A DNA stretch of 64,000 nt, taken from Lingula anatina (taxonomy: Eukaryota > Animalia > Brachiopoda). Positions 28,099-42,542 of the stretch are shown piece by piece. Position 1 is the first letter of the stretch; each line of letters begins with the position of its first letter. The notes under the pieces are model-generated. The model searched no databases. It had not been told where the DNA came from and was given only the letters and a program-made list of their open reading frames with translations. Position numbers and translations under genes: made by a program. The DNA is taken from positions 61,916,788 to 61,980,787 of the forward strand of contig CM120640.1 of NCBI GenBank assembly GCA_051362555.1, written 5' to 3'.

Positions 28099-31000
28099 AT
28101 TGTACCACCAGCGTTAGCGCTGGCGGTACATATGGTTTCGGTCCCGTCCGGATCGTTCCGCCGGCTCCGCCAGCTCCGCCGGCTCCGCCGGACGGCTACC
28201 GTTACCGCTTCTCCTCCTAGACGGTAAGGGCCCCCGTACCCATCTCATGGATTTAGGTCACCTATAATCTCAACTCGTTCCACGTAAAATTTGGGCTTTG
28301 TCGGTATTGGGGTCTGGGTGTGGCACTCATTACAATGCACCCTTGTCTAAAAATGGCAAAATTAAATGCTAATTATCTACCCTACGGAAGGAGTTATGGG
28401 AAAAATTTCTATAGACGGCTTTGCAAAAGTCATATGTGTAGATTTCAAATATACCCTTGGATTTGACCTTTGACCTTTACTTCAAGGTCAAATGGGCCAA
28501 AATTTTCAAAAAAATGAAATTTTTTACGAAAAAAATTTTTTTTGCCCTGTTATTCAGACACTACACAGACTTAACCAATAATATTATTGGAAAGTGTTAC
28601 CCTTCAGGTCATCTTTCATCTCCATGAATTTGGGGTCAATCGGTGCATTTTCACGGGAGTAGCGGCCATAAGATACCGAAACTGAAAACTGTCTCTAATT
28701 CGGGAACCGTTAATGCTAGAGACCCATTCTTTTTTGCATTTTGTAAAGCCCAACACTGGAGGTGGTCTCGGTTTTTTTGTATTTCATACGGTTTTCGAGT
28801 TACGCTGTATCAAAAAGTACATATTGGTGGTAAAAGCAAAATGTGCAGTACGGTAATGGATAATAAATTTTGAACTCTGGAAAAATAAAACAAAAGGCTT
28901 GGCAAAGCAGACAACTTGTGTTCAAAAATGACATTATTTCATCAAATTTGAACTTCTGAAACTTCAGAGCACCTCCTATTTCAAGAATTTTGACCAAAAT
29001 GACATTTTCTTTATTTCAATTAATTTTTTCTGTACGAAATTTAAGGCACATTATGGTAACTCCAAAATTATAACATTTAGTCCCTTATATCTCCAAAACT
29101 GGCAGAGATAGGTCCATAGTTACTATTGAAGTTGAATAGGAAGTCATATACTGGCAATCTTACTGTGACCTTGAAATTGACCTTTGACCTACTTTTCACC
29201 ATGAACTGAACTTTGCAAATTTTGCTTCCCTTTTATCTCCAAAACTGACAGAGATAGGTCCATAGTTACTATTGAACTTGAATAGGAAGTCATATACTGG
29301 CAATCTAAATGTGATCTTAAAATTGACCTTTGACCTACTTTTCACCATGAACTGAACTTTGCAAATTTTGCTTTCCTTTTATCTCCAAAACTTGCTGAGA
29401 TAGGTCCATAGTTAGTATTGAACTTGAATAGAAAGTCATATACTGGCAATCTAAATGTGACCTTGAAATTGACCTTTGACCTACTTTTCACCATGAATTG
29501 AACTTTGCAAATTTTACTTTCCTTTTATCTCCAAAACTGGCAGAGATAGGTCTGTAGTTACTATTGAACTTGAATAGGAAGTCATATACTGGCAATCTAT
29601 ATGTGACCTTAAAATTGACCTTTGACCTACTTTTCACCATGAACTGAACTTTGCAAATTTTGCTTTCCTTTTATCTCCAAAACTGGCTGAGATAGGTCGG
29701 TAGTTACTATTGAACTTGAATAGAAAGTCATATACTGGCAATCTAAATGTGACCTTGAAATTGACCTTTGACCTACTTTTCACCATGAATTGAACTTTGC
29801 AAATTTTGCTTTCCTTTTATCTCCAAAACTGGCAGAGGTAGGTCCGTAGTTACTATTGAACTTGAATAGGAAGTCATATACTGGCAATCTATATGTGACC
29901 TTAAAATTGACCTTTGACCTACTTTTCACCATAAACTGAACTTTGCAAATTTTGCTTCCCTTTTATCTCCAAAACTGGCAGAGATAGGTCCATAGTTACT
30001 ATTGAACTTGAATAGGAAGTCATATACTGGCAATCTAAATGTGACCTTAAAATTGACCTTTGACCTACTTTTCACCATGAACTGAACTTTGCAAATTTTG
30101 CTTTCCTTTTATCTCCAAAACTTGCTGAGATAGGTCCATAGTTACTATTGAACTTGAATAGGAAGTCATATACTGGCAATCTAAATGTGACCTTAAAATT
30201 GACCTTTGACCTACTTTTCACCATGAATTGAACTTTGCAAATTTTGCTTTCCTTTTATCTCCAAAACTGGCTGAGATAGGTCGGTAGTTACTATTGAACT
30301 TGAATAGAAAGTCATATACTGGCAATCTAAATGTGACCTTGAAATTGACCTTTGACCTACTTTTCACCATGAATTGAACTTTGCAAATTTTGCTTTCCTT
30401 TTATCTCCAAAACTGGCAGAGATAGGTCCGTAGTTACTATTGAACTTGAATAGGAAGTCATATACTGGCAATCTATATGTGACCTTAAAATTGACCTTTG
30501 ACCTACTTTTCACCATGAACTGAACTTTGCAAATTTTGCTTCCCTTTTATCTCCAAAATTTGCTGAGATAGGTCCATAGTTAGTATTGAACTTGAATAGG
30601 AAGTCATATACTGGCAATCTAAATGTGACCTTAAAATTGACCTTTGACCTACTTTTCACCATGAACTGAATTTTGCAAATTTTGCTTTCCTTTTATCTCC
30701 AAAACTGGCAGAGATAGGTCCGTAGTTACTATTGAACTTGAATAGGAAGTCATATACTGGCAATCTATATGTGACCTTAAAATTGACCTTTGACCTACTT
30801 TTCACCATGAACTGAACTTTGCAAATTTTGCTTCCCTTTTATCTCCAAAATTTGCTGAGATAGGTCCATAGTTACTATTGAATTTGAATAGGAAGTCCTA
30901 TACTGGCAATCTAAGTGTGACCTTGAAATTGACCTTTGACCTACTTTTTATCATGAAGTTAACTCTGCTAATTTCTTTCTCTTTTAACTTCAAACTTGAC

Positions 31001-31293
31001 AGAGATAGGTCCATAGTTACTCTTGAACTTGAATAGGAAGTCATATACTGGCAATTTACTGTGACCTTGAAATTGACCCTTGACCTATCTTACGAAGAAC
31101 TTAAATTTGATTGTACCATATATATTTTTTGCAATAGTTTAAAAATTCTTGTTGATTGCATTTTTACAGCTTGTCAAGCACAAAACTGGTGGCTGTGTCC
31201 CTTATTTTGTGTATGTGGGGGTCTATAAGAATGCGCTTGCTCCAGCTGGTGGTACAATATTCGGAGGCGGTATCGCCTCTCTGATCCTCTAGT
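28099..31293 (+). mobile_element. HINE/pearl-like element, copy B, between the POR and SETD1 3' ends
   Basis: Same subTIRs (28099-28112; 31245-31258), 5' hairpin, GGCTCCGCC repeats, 3' GAGGCGGTATCGCCTC hairpin and CTAGT end followed by a T-run. Carries an extra ~360 bp (about 28728-29090) absent from copy A. Confidence 0.9.
29085..31090. repeat. 146-bp tandem satellite, about 14 units
   Basis: AAGTC anchor every 146 bp from 29141 to 30893, last at 31038. Confidence 0.95.
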
Positions 31294-33485
31294 TTTTAAA
31301 CATGATATAAGTGGAACTTTCCTGGAAACGAGTATAGGGAGGAGTTTTAAAACAAGCATGAAGTATGTTCACCATCAGCATAAATTTTATTTTATTACTT
31401 TATATTTAATGGATATGTGAAACTTGTAAATTTGCACATTTTATTTACCTTGCTTATAAAGGGAGAAGTGTTCAAAACATATATCAGGTAATCACTTTTA
31501 TTATATACATTCATTCATACTGGAAAACATTGACGAGCTTATCAGTTATTTAGATTTACTCTGTTGTATAAAAATTTTTGTAATAATTTTTAATTAAGAC
31601 ATTGCATTGTGAAATATAATGGTTTGAGGTTACTGTAACAGCCGTTAAAAAGGCCATATTATAAATTAGGTCAATCGAAAATCAGAAATTCAAATGCATT
31701 TTCAACTGGGAAGTGGAACTTAAATGACATGATGACTTGAATTATGACATTCTCTTGTAAAGTAACCTTTAAAAATGGTGTGAGTATCAAAAGACCTTCA
31801 AAGTATGTTTAAAATCCACGTTTTTATAAAACGGGATCATACATTTGTATAGAAAAAGAAAGCATTTTATTTTAATGTGATGTAGGAATAAATGAAATCC
31901 CTGAACAGTTACTAGTTCACATTTTTTCATGCCAACTTGACAATATTGATATACAGGATTGAAAGTGCTTGCTCTTCTTCACATCAATCAAGAATGACCA
32001 ATTTCTATCGTCCCACGGAAGTGCTCTCATTTGGAATTGCCATGTTGACTAAATTTTTACACTCCATTTCACCGTTTTGTAATAACTTCTTTCTGAGGAA
32101 GAGAAAGTATTCAATAGACAAGACTGTCAGCTTTCACCGTTATTATTTATTATATTGTAATAATCCTTTGTGTGGAGTATTTCAAAAACTAAAGAATTTA
32201 ATGTGCAAGACCTTTCTATAAATAAAACAGCATGGTCGAAAATAAACACTACATATAGACTAGTAAAGGTGCTATTTGTGTTAAAACCACATCAAACAAG
32301 CAAACTTCATTATCAATAACAGTTTATTGAGAATTGATACACTGTACAATTTCAAAAACATTACTGTATTACCTGTTTAATGTTTGTAAAAATACTATAC
32401 ATGACTATATCATACAGAAAGGGGGATAAAATGCAATTGCCAAAAAAAAAAAAAAATTGGTGTAACTCCTAGTGAGAAAAATTCATTCATTAAAGTATCT
32501 CCATTTCCACTGTGTTTCAGCCCAACATTGTACAAACAAATAGCAAGTTTGTGAAGCCATGATCCAGTGCTCCCTACAGTTAGATAAACTATGACATGGG
32601 CTTGTTAAAATTTAATGACATTTTGAGCAACTTTACACAGCTTTACATTCATTTATATATAAGAAATGCCTACACCATTTCTGCTAAATTGCTACACTAG
32701 TGTTTTCACTCTGTATACACATATCTACAGTTTAAAAAGGTAATCCCTTGATATTACTCATGGTTAACCAACCATGCTGCCAAGAAGGATCCATTTTGGT
32801 GTTTCCTAGTTATAGCCTGTTATAAACTGCCTGTCACAGTGTTTGATCCTAGCTTTTTTAATGTGGCAGCAATTTTGAATTCAAACTGCAACATGTGGGC
32901 TGCAGTGCAACCTTCTCAATAATGGCCATAATTCATAACCAAACAATGTAAATATAGTACCATTTCTGAAATAATGTAATTTACAACTAAATGGTCTGTA
33001 CAATAAAAAAAGTAACTTAAATGCCAGACCAACAAACTTGTCTTTCAAATTTGTTTTTCAATCTTATTTTAGAAGATAATAATTCTGTATAATTGAATCA
33101 TATACACAAGTATAAAACATAAAATGACTATCTGGGCACACATAAGATTGAAGATACATTTTGAACAGGATATTCAAAGCTTGGGCACAGAGCAAATCTT
33201 AACAATGTTCACCATTTTACTTCTTCATGTTGTTGGAAGTTATTCACTTTCCTTAACAAATGCAGAAATAGCAACACACTGAAATTAACACTATATTTTT
33301 ATAAACTGACTTGCATAATTCTCATACTAATACTACATTGATTTTGTGATTTCAAATAGCAGTACACATAATGATATTTATGAGAAGACCGATGAGCTGC
33401 CTCTATCTGTATTTTTACAATCACTATCACTTTAAGATAGTCCCTGGAGTGATCATTATGATAATATCTCCTTTATTATGGAGCT

Positions 33486-36400
33486 CTAGTTTAAGCTGCC
33501 TCTGCAGTTTGGTGCACCACAGAAACATGGGATCTTCTGGTCTTCCAGTGGAAACTTGTAATCATAGGTGATCTCTTCATTCATGTCAATGTCTCTCTTG
33601 GAATAGATAACAATCTTCTTGCTTGTATCCACTGTGATAATTTTAGCATAGCAATTGGGCTGAAATGAAAACATATTCCTCAGTAAATCAGTTTGCAGTT
33701 TTTATGGTTTGGATTTTAAGTTGGGATATTAAGATATTAAGTAAAAGTAAACTGGTAAACAATGGTCCAAGTGTTAACCTATTAGCAATTTAATTGACAA
33801 AATTAGATTTTGTAATCAACACAAGTTTATTTCAAGAAAAATACATAATAAGCAGCTGTACTTACATTACAACTGTGATTAATAAATCTGGCCAGATTGC
33901 CAGTTTTGGTTGCATCTATAATGGTCTCATGATCAACTCGAAATAGGTATGAGCTTCCTATACCCATTTCTTCATATTTCTTCTCTCGTAAATCAGCAAC
34001 TGATTGCCGGATGGCATGACCCACATATTCTATGACCATCTCATCAGCTGCAATAGGCTCCAGGGCAAACAGACCCCAATCATGAATTGTGCTCTTGGAA
34101 AATCTCAAGTTCTTGATACGGAACTGCAATAAAGGGGGAATACTTTGATTCGATTGCAATAATGGTTGTTTAGATTATAATTAAAAATTATATGTTTTTT
34201 TAATTCAATATAATATTAAATATTTTTATATTTATCCTAAATGATTGACAAAGGTGCAGTAGTATACAGAAAATGAACAAGACTAATATAACTATTCAGT
34301 AACAGTTAAATATCAATCTCAGAAACACAAACAAGAAATTTATAGATTTCAAGGCAGTATATCTTTTAAACACTGACTGACAAGAGGTTTACCTTCAATT
34401 GGTTAAATTTCAGCAAATCCCCTATCTCCAGATCTCCCATTGTGGTTAGTAGTCTCCTGTTCTCTGACCTGGCCTCCCTAGACAGCTGAACTTGCTTCTT
34501 CACTTTATCAAGGGTCAAAGACCCACCATCCTGTAGTATACCATAAATACAATTTCTCATGATATAAAATTATGTAAGTTAATTAATTCAACATTATCTA
34601 ATGCTATAGAATAACTAACACCATTTTTTTACAAGAGGGACCTTTCAATAAAAACGTCCGCTACCGGCCAAATTTCGAACACCATGTTTGTGTTTGTCCT
34701 TTACTTATACTTGCACTTGGGTCAATGAGGAGACATTAATACAATTTCTCAATACTGCCAATTGTAGCATTTCAAATTTAAAAAATCTAATTAGTACACA
34801 CTGAAGGAACTTATTAATCATCAACAGTGTCTGATATTGTCAATAGCTTGCTCAAACAAAGATAAAAACTCTTGCTAGCAATATTTTCACATACAAAGGT
34901 CAATGTAGATATAGCCATGACTCCCTTTATATAAAATAAAAGAACTTACAGGAGCAGCTGGCTGACTGGAAGCACCACGAGCAGCACGTAGGAATGCTTT
35001 CTTTTCTTTCATTGTCATCTTATAGTAACCTTCTGTTCTTGCAGAGCCTGAAGTGAAATGATAACACTGGTAAAACTGTCATTACCATAGTTTAGTACAG
35101 ATAATGAAGCATACACTCTCAAACACTAAATGCACCTTTCCAAAAGTGCAAGAACTGCAGGGTGGCAGATATCATGAAGCAAACTGGTGGACATAAAAAG
35201 TAGCTGAAACCATGCACCCTCCTCCACACATCTATATAAAAACATACAAACTTGTTGCATTTTGTGTTAAATGTTTTTTTTTTTTTTTTCAAAGGATGAT
35301 ATGAACTTTCAGAGCAATCAATTGTTTGACACACAACAAAAATTCTGTTTAAATATATATTTATATACATGTACTGTACCTGTCTCGTGTATCTTTGGCA
35401 TGTCATCATCTGTTTTCCTCTTCTTCTTAGGCACCACAGGGTCTGGGATATTGGTCAAAGGGTGTTCAACCCAATGAGTGTAGTTCAACCAGAAGGCAAT
35501 CTGTGGGTTGTCAATCCCAAGCATTTCTTCATAACTCCTTTTTAAATAATTAACATCTTCTGCATCAATACCTTTCCTGAATATGTCATACATAAGCATT
35601 CTTTCATCCATCTGGGCTCGTGGCTTGAACTTTGGTTTTGGTTTTGGGGGACTTGGCGGAGGCAAAAGATTGGCAAGTTCTCGATTCCTGCGAGATTTCA
35701 CTATATCTGTTATATCCCTAAGTTTCTGAGCTCCTTTCTTTTCTGGCGCAGACTCCTTCAACATTTCGCCTATAACAGACTTATTTTCTGTCACTGTCAG
35801 CTGTTCATTTTCTTTTGTTTTATCTTTATTTCTTACTTTTTTAACTTTTGGTTTAGTCTTTGGATGGAGACAGTAGTTGTGCTCTATAAACATACTCAGC
35901 GGGATAGTTGGTTCCCCATCACTCTCTTCCGAGGAGGAGGAGGAGGGCTTAGATTCCTCTGGTACCTCAGACTCTGTAGGTTTTGCAAAATAATCATGTT
36001 CTGAGATAATCTGCTGCTGTGTCTCATGCTCCTTTTGTTTCTGAGACTCCCTTTCTTTGACTGCCATCTCAACTAAAATGTCAAAGGCACCCATGTGGTC
36101 CTCCTCTTCCCCAGCCTCTTTCTCTTTCTTCCCCTCTTCATCCTTACTGGCATCCTCTGCTTTATCTTCAGAAACTTTTTCTTGGGATTTTTGGTCTACT
36201 GTCTTAGTGTGTGATGGCAGTTTTATTTCTGTGCTTTCTTCTCCTTCTTCCTCTTTTTCGTTTGCTTTGAATTCCCTACAAAAGCATCCAGTCATATTAC
36301 ACTTCATTTGAATAAAAAATGTTATACCTTTGACTTAATACCTAGATGAGCAAGACAGGTGAAACTTTTGTTATAATTTATCTTCAACCTCACAGTTGGA

Positions 36401-39400
36401 TACTTGAAACCTTCATTTTTTCAATCTGATGATTCAAGTTTTTACTTACTCTTCTTTTCCTACCAAGTCTTTCTCTTCTTCTATATCTTCTTTATCTTGT
36501 CTGAAATTATCAAAGAAAGCAGGTACAGCTTTAAAACTTATTTGATGCAAGTCCAGGTCCCTAAAATAATTTACTTCTACATTCAAATGGATGAAAAGTA
36601 CAAATAATCCAAGGTCACATGTATGGATTACAATGTGGATAAGGCATTATATTGTAATACTTTGAGTTTCCACTTTCAGTAAACATGAATGGTTGGCAAA
36701 TCAGTTTGTTTTCAGTACTTTAATTTATCTTACTTTTCTTTTCCTTCATCCACAGACTTAGCCTCCTCTTTGTCTCCCTCTTCCTCTACATCCACAACTG
36801 CTGATTCTTCATCTTCTTCCTCCTCCTCTGCCTCATCATCTGACTCTGCGCCCTCACTCTCCTCACTTTCCTCCTCCTCCTCATCTTCCTCCTCTTCTTC
36901 ATCACTGCTGCTGCTAGCATCCTCTTCATCTACAAAGCAAGAAGTGAAATGCAGCATTTACTGTTACTAATCTTTTGATAAATGTCAATAAAATCATCAA
37001 AAATTAACACTACTGAAGTTGAAACTTCTATAAAACATTAAATTACCTTCCGATTCAGCTTTTGACTCAGCATCAGATTTATCTCCTTCACTCTCACTAT
37101 CATCTGCTGGCCTTTTGATCCTACTTTTGGCTTTAGATGAGTCTGATTGGGTAGAATCAGCATCTATTGGAAAATTATATTACATATTATGTTACAGACA
37201 TTCAAATATTGCTTTTACATCAATTTAAATAATTTTTAATTGGGAAGTTTCACATTTATATTGCATTCATTCCAAAAGAATGTATTTTTTGGTTAAGAAA
37301 AACACTGCATTTCAAAGATTAAATGTTCTTGTTGCAACGTAAATTTCAACTAATATACATAGATATCATCAGTTCTTTCCCGCCTTCCTTGTTTGATCTT
37401 TTTCAAGGAGTGTCTAAGCCCCTACCGGAATCATAGTCTGCTTTCCTGCTGTCCTGTGTCTCATCATCTTCAGCTTCAACAGAGGGTGGTCTAAACTTCC
37501 GCTGGAAATAACAGAGGATGATAAGGTTTTAACTTTTTAACTTTTAACCTATTTTTTACTGCAGGAGGAGCTAGAAGACCTCTGGTAGAGATTTACCTTT
37601 ATTTATTTTTAACAATATTTTCCACTTGACTGTGAGGTCTGTACATTCACTTACCCTAAATGAGGGCATCTTTGGAATTCCAGCTCTTAGTCCCAATAGC
37701 CCACCCATTCCGAATCCCCCAGGTCCACCACTAAAGCTAGCACCAAAGCTGCCTTCCTGCCAGCGATTTGAGGAATCAAAAAGAGAGGACAGTGCTGCCT
37801 CTTGCTTCCCTCCAGATGAAGCAGTTGTCTGCTGTGTGGATGTGCTTGGTTTTTCGGTACCTGGGATGGTTTTCTGTACTTGAAGACTGGACTTCTGAAA
37901 TATAAAAAAAATTATATTGTCACACATATTGCCACAAAAGATATCCATCCTACCAAGAAATAATTACGAAATGTTTAAACAAGAGTAAATCTTAGATCTC
38001 AGCAGGCGTCCATAAAATATGCCAGATGTCATGATAAGTTTGCATACCTTTAACTCCGATTCTTCTCTGTCCCACCAACATTCAAAATGTTTAAATGCAG
38101 AATTTTCCACCATTTTCCTTCCGAGATCCTTTTTCATGATCTGTTTCAGTTCAGTAATGATTTTTTCTAATCCCTCATGAAATATTTCATCTCTTGGATC
38201 TGTTATTTCCCCCTCTAGGGGACCTTCCATACAGTTCATGTTGCCAATGTTTTGCCCCATGTTAAAATTGGACGGAATCTGGTTTAGATGTTGGTTATAC
38301 CCAGTAGGGCTTAGCATGCCACTTTGTGCATTATTCATGTTAAAGTTACCATTCATCATGACATTCATGTCTGAAGCAAAACCAGGTCCCATGCCAGGAT
38401 TCCAGTTTCCCATCATAGGGGGTATCATGGGATTGCCCAAGTTGGGTGGTTGGAAGTTCATCATGGAGTTTGGCATCATGGGGTTGAAGGCAGACATAGG
38501 TCCTGGAGGGGGAACCGTAAGGTTGATGCCCATATTGCTCATATTTGGAGGCGGGACTGACAGATCTGGGACAACAATTGGATTGACTTCTATCTTTTCC
38601 TCTCCACTGCTAATTGAAGACACACTCATCCTGTCTTCATTGTCACTGCTGTCCAAATCCATATCTTCCCCTTTACTGTCCTGTGTCTCCAGCACAGACG
38701 GACCTGGAGGAATTGTGGGTGGAAGCTCTGGGGCCTTAGAAATTGTCTGTTCTGATTCTTTCCTCTTACGATGTTCATATGAATCAATATGTTTAGTCCT
38801 GTCCTCTCTATTACTACTCTGAGAAGAGTCTGAATATGCTGCCCTGTCACTGCGGGAAGGCACAGGAAGAGGGGGTGGAGTATGTGAACGAGGGGTCTCA
38901 TCTGGGGGAGGAGGATGTTCCCCTCCTGATGAGTCATCTGGGCTACCAAAGGAAGCTCCCAAGTCTTTTGACTGTTTTAGCAGCATTTCAATTCTGGATT
39001 CCAGACTTAATGATTTGGGTTTCTCTGGTTCTGGAGATTTCTTCCTATGCCTGCTACTATGCTTTTCCTCACGATGTGTATGTCTGTCATGATAATCCTT
39101 GGGGGGCTGCTGTTGCTGCTGTTGCTGAGATCTATTGAACTCCCTGTTGTATTCATTAAAACCTCCAAAATTTTGATTTTGCATAGGAGCCTGCCCACTT
39201 TGCATATCAAACTGCTGTTGTGGTGGAGGCATATCATAGGCAAAATTCTGCCCACCCATATTCATGTTATACATGTTCATATTGTTTACATTGTGCGAAG
39301 CAGGCGGAAAACGATCAAACCCTTCCTGGTAGCCCATCATAGGTGTCTGCTGTGACAAGGGGGTGAATCCCAAATCAGAAGAAGTTTCTGAGAAGCCTAA

Positions 39401-41595
39401 TTCCCCTTGGCCAACAGAGTAACCACCACTTTGGGAGAAGTCTGAGCGTCCTGTGCTATAGCCAACGTCTGAGTGGCTTCCTGCTGGTGTTGTGCCATAT
39501 GAATTGTTAGAGGGTGTAAAATCTGCCCCCTTGCCTGTGGAATTATTATTGAAGCTTTTTGATGATGATGATGATTCATCACGATATCCCTTGTCATTCC
39601 TTGAGTGATTGCCTGAATGTAGAGGGATTTCTGGTGTGGCAGGTCTTGGTTCAATCCTGGGTTTATCTGTTGTCAAGTCCTCAATCAGCTTCTGCCTTTC
39701 TGTACCTGTCAAGGTAAAAGAATACTTGAAAGTTTTGTTATTAAAGACTGGTAGCAGCAGTGAAAGTTTTACACCACTAACCTGATAGCAGAATGCAACC
39801 TTACACCATAAAGCAACATAATATCTTTAATGAATGTCAATATGCATTAAATGATACTTGATATGAATAAGCACTGTCATTTGTAGGAGTGAAAATATTT
39901 TTATTGACTTACACCTTTTAACTGTACAGAAAAACATTGATTTCATTTATGATTGATTAAATGTTGTTTTTTTTCCTTGATGCAACAAATACTTATATGA
40001 TACTTATAGATATATTTGATTAATATTGAAATGAGACATCTGTATTCCACTACTCTATATCAATTAACAGGGACAAATACCTCTGAAAACTTCAAACAAA
40101 CAAACAATGTGGAAGGAAGATGGGATATTCACAAGCAATCAAATCACTGGGGATTTGTTCACTGAATGATAAAAATACACACCCATGGTATCTACAAACA
40201 CATTCATGATATTTCCCATCTTTGATGTTTGGTCCAGCCTGCTGGCACATATTCTAGCTGCCTTGGTAGAGGTGAACATGACCTATAAGAAAACAACTAA
40301 ATTAAATACAAACTGAAATAGTGTGACTGTGTCACCTTTGTTTGTCACAATATTCCTCCCACCAATTTGTTATAGTAGACAGATGTTGTGTTTTATGCCA
40401 AAGACACCAAGTTTTCATCTAATAGAAAGCAAAGCTAAAGTCTACATACCCTTTTTTCTTTTTATCAAAAGGGATGCCACTGTTTTTTTTTTATTGTTGT
40501 CTAATATCACATTAATGTCCATTATAAAGTAGAGTCACTGAATGCATACAAAAAAAGAAAATATTGCATCTAAATCCTGCACGACAAATTATCTGTATAC
40601 CTTAGCAATTCCCAGGTGCTTTCTGGTCTTTGGGTGGTAGTAGATCTTACACTCTTCAACTACCCCAAATGACCGCACCATGCCATCTAAGAATCTGTTG
40701 TCAATGTTGTCATTTAGGTTTGTAAATGTCACCTCTTTTGGTAGTGGTATACCAACATAGTATTCATCATACTGGAAAGATAAACAAAATGTGCCATTCT
40801 GATCCATAAGAATTAAAATTTCATTTGGTTAAAAAAAATGATAATCATATCATATGAACTTACAATATAGAAAATCCAACTTCAAAATCAACCATAAGTC
40901 CATAACTACCCTACGTACAAACCTTAAACTGTGGCACAACAAGATCTGCTTGGTTTATTTTTGTCCACAGTCTATTCAGCCTAGGCCTTGGGTCTCTTAC
41001 AAACACTGGTGTTGGATCCTAAAAATAATTGTGCCACAAACTGTCAGAGAATGAAGTATCAAAGGGGTTAGAAACAGTAATATTTCAAGAACAGCTCTGC
41101 AAAGGTAAAACTGAAAAAAGACTGCATGGTCTTTAAATGCTCCTAAAATATACAAATTCAAAATTTATATAAGTTGTGGCCATTTCTTCTTTCTTTTACA
41201 TGTAATTTCTTATCTTAATATTTTGACTGTGTTATTTATTAGTTCACTATACACAATTTTGTCTAGAAAGAACATCCTTGTCATATTTTGTCCACTCTCT
41301 GACCTGGGTATATATTCTTACCCCAGGAATTACACCTTCAAATCTATATAATTTCTGTTGCCCCTTGTGCAACACTGGGTCTACAAGTAATTTGTAGTTC
41401 CTCCTTTTTCTTTCTTGAGAACCCTCGCCAGGTCTGCTCAGCCCATTGATATCTAAAACAGAAATAAAAGTAAAAATAATTATCAGGGCATTATATAGTA
41501 CATCAAACCGGTTGGATATGGCAACGAAAACACACAAATGCTTCAAGTTCTTGGTGATGCTCACTTGGTGCTGAGTGTTTCCTCATGTGTTCCAT
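33486..41595 (-). CDS. SETD1: Histone H3K4 methyltransferase SETD1 (SETD1A/B-like)
   Basis: 16 in-frame exons from ATG 41595 ([10 protein letters not shown]). [12 protein letters not shown] ([11 protein letters not shown]...[15 protein letters not shown]), [30 protein letters not shown] motif [12 protein letters not shown] domain [23 protein letters not shown]...[15 protein letters not shown], post-[16 protein letters not shown]. Confidence 0.97.
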
Positions 41596-41762
41596 GGCGA
41601 TCAAGCAATTGTACAAAAGATCAGACACTTAATAAAAGTGGGATCTGTAAACAAGAACTGCTCGGGGTAATTCATACAGCTCCTCCATTCCAAAATCTCC
41701 TGTAAACAGCAAATAGGTGAAGGTTCTCTTGAATCTTAAAAGCGGACATTATATTCTGATTC

Positions 41763-41780
41763 AATCCCACAATGCACTTT
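41763..41780. promoter_or_regulatory. ZNF143/Staf-like site in the SETD1/unassigned-gene bidirectional promoter
   Basis: AATCCCACAATGCACTTT matches the CCCAYAATGCA Staf-binding consensus; a partial ACTACAATT motif lies on the minus strand near 42265-42273. Confidence 0.55.
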
Positions 41781-42474
41781 GTTGATGAATTTGCCGAGTT
41801 CATTTTTTGTCAACATTTAGTTTCGTACATATCTTGGGGAATATTTATGACTTCTATTGAAACATTTTATTATAAAATATCACTAAAGATGTTTTATTAA
41901 TAAAGTTTTATTCATGGTTAACATAGTTTAGCCCTATTAAAAATTCAATTAAGACACATTGATAAAAACGTCACTAAAAATGTATTTTCAACTTCGTTTT
42001 TAATATTTTTGCAGAATTAACACACGTGGATTGCAATTTGGATTAGCGGTCTCAGTTATCACTTAGTATTTTTGCGATGAAAAAAGCAAAGAAGTTCGTT
42101 TCTTTGCTGGTAAATAGGCTCTCTAAAGGTACTTGATTGACATTAAACGGTTGAGAACGTTAGAACCTTTTGTCGCACATATCTAGAAGTGTTTGGCCCG
42201 TGTTCATTAAAACCTGACATCTTAAAAGGCAGCACATGAAAAATATATACGTGAAAATATGTGTAATTGTAGTCTAGTTCACTGTAAAGGATTAATTTTA
42301 CATTTTTAAATAGTTTTTTTCACAACTATGTGGTACTATCAGTAGAAGGGATACCTATGAGTTGGTTGCAATACTAGTAACTGCCTAAACATCGGTATCA
42401 ATTCGCTGCGTATGTATTTCACTGCATAAGTCGTTTTAAAAGATATCTTAAGAGGGTGAAATGCAGCCTATCTA

Positions 42475-42513
<39 letters not shown>

Positions 42514-42542
42514 ACCGTAGAACCATCAAGATTGTTCAGTTT

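Noticed and set aside
38238-39355. Long antisense ORFs over SETD1 (and similarly over NCoR exons)
   Set aside because: Expected shadows of long low-complexity coding exons; no splice or motif support.
42077-42128. Upstream ATG exon (MKKAKKFVSLL...) as the start of the unassigned gene
   Set aside because: Both candidate donors splice out of frame into the 42521 exon; at most a 5' UTR exon or uORF.
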